Shown here piece by piece: positions 53,817 through 58,139 of a stretch of DNA of 58,139 bases. This DNA is from Bacteroidaceae bacterium (GTDB lineage Bacteria > Bacteroidota > Bacteroidia > Bacteroidales > Bacteroidaceae): assembly GCA_017467015.1 (NCBI GenBank), contig JAFTTA010000204.1, forward strand, positions 1 through 58,139, written 5' to 3'. The stretch's first letter is position 1; every line of letters starts with the position of its first letter. The position numbers and the translations under genes are program-made. The notes under the pieces are model-generated. The model saw only the letters and a list, made by a program, of their open reading frames with translations. It was not told the DNA's origin and did no database searches.

Positions 53817-56800
53817 TTACTTTTTCACTTTCTTGGTTACAATGGTGTCGCCCTGACGAATTTTGAGTATGTAGATACCCTCACTCATCTCAGTAACACG
53901 ACGGCCTTTCATGTCGTATATTGCTACTATGGCTGCTTCATCAATCGTGTTGATGTCGTTGATGTCGGTTGTGCCCAATACGGCGCCCATATCTATAGGT
54001 TCTTTGTATGAGCCGACCATTTCGGCAAATGCCACCTCTGCCTCTACCGCGTAGTACTCTTTGGTCCATTTGTTGTAGAGTCGGAATGTTACCTGCTCAC
54101 CGGCAGTTCCTGAGGCTGTTACATATACACGACCATTGATTATTTTACCTTCGCCACGACAATCGTCGCCTACGAATGCACCGATAGAATAGTCGTCGGC
54201 ATCTTCAATGTCCATTTTGCCTATTATTGCCATGGTGTTTGCGAAGCGGCTTGCATCGTACATCCACACTGTATCTCTGTTGCCACGGATGGCGGCAAGG
54301 GTCGACTTTGTGCCTTGAGGAAGTGTGAATCTTCCGGGCATCTCCAACTCAATTGTCTCTTCGCTGTTGGAGTATATCAGATATCCCTCATAGGGGTTAA
54401 GCTCGGTGAGTGAACCTTCCCATGTGCCTTCCGATGTAACCATTGCAAAACCTCTCGATTGCGACAGGATGATGTCGCCCTCGCTCAGTTTAGATGCATC
54501 GAAGATATCGGCAACGGCATATTTGTATTCATAGGGGTATGAAACCCAGTTCCAGCCTTTTTCAAGGATTTTGCTTTCAATGTCGCCATTCTCGCTGAAT
54601 GACATCTCGCCGGCGAGGTCGAGTGTGAAGCTTGTTTTGGCATTCAGCTTGTATGCTTCACGATGGTCCATGTTCTCGAGTGTGCCGAAGAAGCCCCATA
54701 GCGGGTCGTTGTAAACAAGATCCAACTTGCTACGCACCTCTTGTATCTCGTTGGAATAGTTATGGAGCCCGTAGAAGTATGAAGCAACGAATGATATCCA
54801 GTTCCAGCCGCTTGCAACCTCCATTCTTTCTGCAATGGTAGTATATGTTGTGGCTTGGAGCTGCTCTGAATCGCCCTGCTCCGATGTGTCGTAGTTGGCT
54901 TCTATGTTCACTGTCGACCACAGACAATTTGCTTTGATGCTGTATGTTTCCATGCCGTCAGCAGTGGTAACGTGCTCAAATGAAATAACGTCCCATCCGT
55001 CGGGGAATATTTCGCTCTCCGCAACGCCGATGTTCAGCATCTCGGGGTCGAAGTCGGCATCAGTGGGGTAGTAGGCAATGTCGAAGTTAACGGGTGTTCC
55101 GTCGTTGTACAATTGCTCACCCAGCATGTCGGGCATTGCAATGCCTGTAACCTTCTTCTTCGCAGTGACAACGCATGTTGCAGTTACTTCGGGGTTCGAC
55201 TCGCTTGTGAATGTAATTGTCGCTGTTCCCTTGCCGACAACGCTAAATACATGATTGTCGTTCACCGTTACAACCTCTTCGTTGTCCGATGCAATGATGA
55301 TATTCCCGTTGGTTGCATCCTCGGGCACAATGGTTGCTGTTATTGTGAAATCAGTGGTGTTGCCCTCGCTGAACCATACGGTCTTTTCTGTCTCTGAGAG
55401 TTCAATGGCTGTTACGTCTGTTGTGATGTTCAGTGACACATAGTCGTTGAACTGCTCGTCGGCGGTTACACATAGTCTCACCTGGTCAACAGGCTTCTCA
55501 ACTATCTTAAAGATGTATGTAAGCACGTTGTTCTCGATAGTTGATGAGATAACTTCCACCATGGGAGATTGTGCAATGTCCATGCCATCGGAATTCAATA
55601 TCGACATGCTGAATGTGTTATAGTCTGCGTCCTCGGGGTTCAATCTTGCAATGGCTGTAACCTCGCGTCCCAATGAGATGTTTACCACAGGTTCTGTCAC
55701 ACTGACACTTGGTATTTCAACACCGTTTACAGATATAAACTCAACGCTCTCGATTTTTCGTTTTACTGTTATTGTGAATTCTACTTTCTTAGAATTGTCG
55801 TATAACGATTCGTATGTGATGGTTGCTGTTCCACATTTCAGAGGAACTGCTATATGTTCTATGCCGGCTTCGCCTACGATTTCATTAATCTCGATAATTT
55901 CGGGGTCGCTGCTTGTAACGGTATATTGTTCATGCGACTCTATGTCTATAACGGGGTTGCCATTTGCATCTTTTATCCAATCGAATGTGGGTGTCGGCAA
56001 GGTGAGTCGATTGTCCATGTACAGCTCGGCGCTTGCCTCGGGCAATGTGATACCATTTAGAGCTGAGACTACAGTTATTGTGAATGTGGTTGACACATTC
56101 TCATTGTCGACAGCTGTGGCAGTGATGGTTGTCTGACCGATGCGGGCGGGCATGAGCTCTCCGTCTACAACAGATACTACAAATTGGTTCTCTGTGGTGA
56201 ATGTTACCCCCGGAGTGGTAGGTTGGCTCTCTCCGTTGTTATATACTATATTGGGTGTTATCTTAAAAGTTCCTAAGTAGGTGCTTATATCTTCAATGGC
56301 TATGCTCTCAACGTTGATGTATTTGGGCTCAACTTTAGCATACATCTCCTTGAAAAAGTCATTATTTGCACCAATATGGTAATAACCAATAAGTTCGAAC
56401 AGATATTCGCCACTCTCGTCAGAGTAGGTGGAAGTGCCGTTAGCCTGCACATAATCCACTCCATCGATGTTTACCTTTTCGACAATGGTTCCCTTCTGAC
56501 CTTCGATGATGAATTCACCATCCTCTTCGGGGGTTGTGGCCTCTTGGCCATCAATATCGAGAAGTCTGACACTGAAGTCGCTCATGGGTTTTTTGTCGCC
56601 CACTTCCATCACAAATCTGTCCGTTTCCACCTCGTCAATGTACAATTTTACCTCGTTGATAGGCTTAAAGGCAAGAGTGAAATAGTTTGATGGTTCTACA
56701 AGTGTCTTGTCACCGCTCCACTTTATCTCTGTTTGGAAAGTGCCATCACTTGTTGTGTACATTGGAGTTAAGGGGTAGGTCAGTCCACGATTATTGTCGT

Positions 56801-57110
56801 AGAGTTTGAAACTAATGACTTTATCATCGTCATCATCGCTTACACCTCCTATACGCAGAGTGTACAAACGTAATTTGTTTTCTCCAACCACATCATATTG
56901 GGTGGTGAGGGCTCGAATTTCTCCATCGATGAAAGCTGCAATAGCGGGGGCTTCGTTGCTTAGATATAGTTCCTCATTATTGCCACAGTCTACAACGGCA
57001 TAAACAACGGTTTCCGTCTGATATTTTCCGGAGGGGTCGTTCCAGCCACTTTGTGCCCATGAAGTCGTCCCGACAAGCATAAGCATGATTGAAAGTAGTA
57101 ATTTTTTCAC
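53817..57110 (-). CDS. 1097-aa Big_2-rich surface protein, T9SS cargo; operon gene 1
   Basis: A GTG start at 57110 gives MKKLLLSIMLMLVGTTSWAQ. Several Big_2-like modules (e.g. VTFTTENQFVVSVVDGELMPARIGQTTITATAV, YTVTSSDPEIIEINE..GTATITYES, FTITATIVPEDATNGNIIIASDNEEVVTV..GKGTATITFTS). Two GWNW modules and a GAFVGDDCRG module. CTD IYDMKGRRV..GIYILKIRQGDTIVTKKVKK. Confidence 0.88.
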   Translation of the reverse strand: MKKLLLSIMLMLVGTTSWAQSGWNDPSGKYQTETVVYAVVDCGNNEELYLSNEAPAIAAFIDGEIRALTTQYDVVGENKLRLYTLRIGGVSDDDDDKVISFKLYDNNRGLTYPLTPMYTTSDGTFQTEIKWSGDKTLVEPSNYFTLAFKPINEVKLYIDEVETDRFVMEVGDKKPMSDFSVRLLDIDGQEATTPEEDGEFIIEGQKGTIVEKVNIDGVDYVQANGTSTYSDESGEYLFELIGYYHIGANNDFFKEMYAKVEPKYINVESIAIEDISTYLGTFKITPNIVYNNGESQPTTPGVTFTTENQFVVSVVDGELMPARIGQTTITATAVDNENVSTTFTITVVSALNGITLPEASAELYMDNRLTLPTPTFDWIKDANGNPVIDIESHEQYTVTSSDPEIIEINEIVGEAGIEHIAVPLKCGTATITYESLYDNSKKVEFTITVKRKIESVEFISVNGVEIPSVSVTEPVVNISLGREVTAIARLNPEDADYNTFSMSILNSDGMDIAQSPMVEVISSTIENNVLTYIFKIVEKPVDQVRLCVTADEQFNDYVSLNITTDVTAIELSETEKTVWFSEGNTTDFTITATIVPEDATNGNIIIASDNEEVVTVNDNHVFSVVGKGTATITFTSESNPEVTATCVVTAKKKVTGIAMPDMLGEQLYNDGTPVNFDIAYYPTDADFDPEMLNIGVAESEIFPDGWDVISFEHVTTADGMETYSIKANCLWSTVNIEANYDTSEQGDSEQLQATTYTTIAERMEVASGWNWISFVASYFYGLHNYSNEIQEVRSKLDLVYNDPLWGFFGTLENMDHREAYKLNAKTSFTLDLAGEMSFSENGDIESKILEKGWNWVSYPYEYKYAVADIFDASKLSEGDIILSQSRGFAMVTSEGTWEGSLTELNPYEGYLIYSNSEETIELEMPGRFTLPQGTKSTLAAIRGNRDTVWMYDASRFANTMAIIGKMDIEDADDYSIGAFVGDDCRGEGKIINGRVYVTASGTAGEQVTFRLYNKWTKEYYAVEAEVAFAEMVGSYKEPIDMGAVLGTTDINDINTIDEAAIVAIYDMKGRRVTEMSEGIYILKIRQGDTIVTKKVKK

Positions 57111-57176
57111 AACCGTAGAGTTTAATAAAGTTTATAAATATTTTAATTTTATTTAAAGATTGACGTGTGATTGCCG

Positions 57177-57184
57177 CAAAATTA
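57177..57184 (-). promoter_or_regulatory. -7 box for the seven-gene operon
   Basis: TAATTTTG on the minus strand, 67 nt upstream of the GTG at 57110. Confidence 0.5.
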
Positions 57185-57255
57185 CTGGGATTAACTTATT
57201 TACCTTTTAACATCCTTAATTCCGCAACACTTTGATTTAACTTTATTTATAAGTT

Positions 57256-57280
57256 CCTGAGCAACAAAAAGTTGCTCAGG
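57256..57280. other. Perfect 10-bp hairpin in the operon/IS spacer
   Basis: cctgagcaac-aaaaa-gttgctcagg. It could be part of the IS left-end region or a transcriptional insulator. Confidence 0.6.
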
Positions 57281-57344
57281 ATTTTGCCATGTCAGAATTT
57301 TCACTTATCTTAGTGTTGCAAAAAGAAAACAAGCAAAACTCTAA

Positions 57345-58139
57345 TATGACAAGGTAAAAATACAAATTAAATCTGAGAAACTCACACCTTTTGGAGGAAT
57401 TTTTTCAATCATGGAGAAATTTGACTCCATGCTTTCACCCGTTATCGACTCAACACTGGGTCAGAGATGCAGCAGTATCTTCGGATATCAGTTCAGCGAG
57501 ATAGTCCGTTCGCTGATGAGCGTTTATTTCTGTGGCGGCTCATGCGTGGAAGATGTAACGTCACAACTGATGCGCCATCTCTCGTATCATCCTACCCTTC
57601 GTACATGCAGCTCTGATACCATCCTCAGAGCCATCAAGGAACTGACACAGGAAAACATCTCCTATACTTCCGACCAAGGCAAGACCTATGATTTCAATAC
57701 TGCAGACAAACTCAACACATTGCTTATAAACGCTTTGGTTTCTACAGGCGAGTTGAAGGAAATTGAGGAATACGATGTTGACTTTGACCATCAGTTCCTT
57801 GAAACGGAGAAGTATGATGCAAAACCGACCTACAAAAAGTTCCTCGGCTACAGGCCTGGCGTATATGTTATCGGTGACAAGATAGTCTATATCGAGAACA
57901 GCGATGGTAACACGAATGTGCGTTTTCATCAGGCAGACACCCATAAGAGATTCTTCGCTCTTCTGGAATCCCAGAACATCCGTGTAAATCGCTTCAGGGC
58001 AGACTGCGGTTCCTGCTCGAAGGAAATCGTCAGTGAGATAGAGAAGCATTGCAAACATTTCTACATCCGTGCCAACCGATGCAGTTCGCTCTACAATGAC
58101 ATCTTTGCTCTGAGAGGATGGAAGACGGAGGAGATTAAC
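57345..58139 (+). CDS. IS1380-like DDE transposase, 5' partial in window, with an N-terminal start-codon problem
   Basis: The frame is open from 57345 to the window end (..KVKIQIKSEKLTPFGGIFSIMEKFDSMLSPVIDSTLGQRC..VDFDHQF..RADCGSCSKEIV..). An ATG at 57346 is in a different frame and hits TAA after 3 codons. The first in-frame ATG is at 57411. Confidence 0.7.

Larger units (their letters stand above)
57200..58139 (+). mobile_element. Left part of an IS1380-family-like insertion sequence; runs off the window, left boundary not determinable
   Basis: Contains the transposase reading frame described in the next feature. No inverted-repeat partner is available in the window, so the start coordinate is approximate. 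Confidence 0.6.

Noticed and set aside
57561-58058. 165-aa minus-strand ORF at the right end
   Set aside because: It is antisense to the transposase frame, which is open for at least 243 codons with DDE-type motifs.
1-58139. CRISPR arrays, tRNA, rRNA and other structured RNA genes
   Set aside because: Intergenic spaces are short and are accounted for by promoters and terminators. I noticed no direct-repeat/spacer periodicity and no tRNA-like cloverleaf sequence, but I ran no covariance-model scan.

Overview
58.1-kb chromosomal window from a Bacteroidota genome, probably a Prevotella-like member of the Bacteroidales. This is inferred from gldL/M/N type IX secretion (T9SS) genes, TAnnTTTG -7 promoter boxes upstream of most transcription units, T9SS C-terminal sorting domains (CTDs), lipoprotein signal peptides and an IS1380-like transposase. 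Layout: (i) 1-15.1 kb is a housekeeping block: gldL end, gldM, gldN, TGS/uridine-kinase-like kinase, rpoN, purE, ispG, YidE/YbjL-type transporter, queG, NodB-type deacetylase and a DUF2723 membrane glycosyltransferase-like protein. (ii) 15.7-31.7 kb is a plus-strand three-gene operon of giant T9SS cargo proteins (1246, 1388 and 2697 aa). It carries three cohesin-like modules, one dockerin-like module, LRRs, InlB-B-type repeats, PKD, CARDB and Calx-beta-like arrays, and no visible enzyme domain. (iii) 31.9-38.6 kb is housekeeping again: DUF1080 lipoprotein, GT9 heptosyltransferase, DUF4254, pdxB and a TonB-dependent receptor. (iv) 38.7-57.1 kb is a minus-strand, tightly packed seven-gene operon (about 6070 aa). 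It encodes a Big_2-rich T9SS cargo protein, a predicted outer-membrane beta-barrel, a 2469-aa signal-peptide protein that I cannot place in any family, a protein of about six FN3-like modules, two lipoproteins and a DUF1573 protein. This is my best candidate for an undescribed envelope or surface system. (v) 57.2 kb to the window end is the left part of an IS1380-like element, directly upstream of that operon's promoter. The two giant-protein operons share a C-terminal domain cassette. No rRNA, tRNA or CRISPR array was seen. All family calls come from by-eye motif recognition in the supplied translations; no searches were run.
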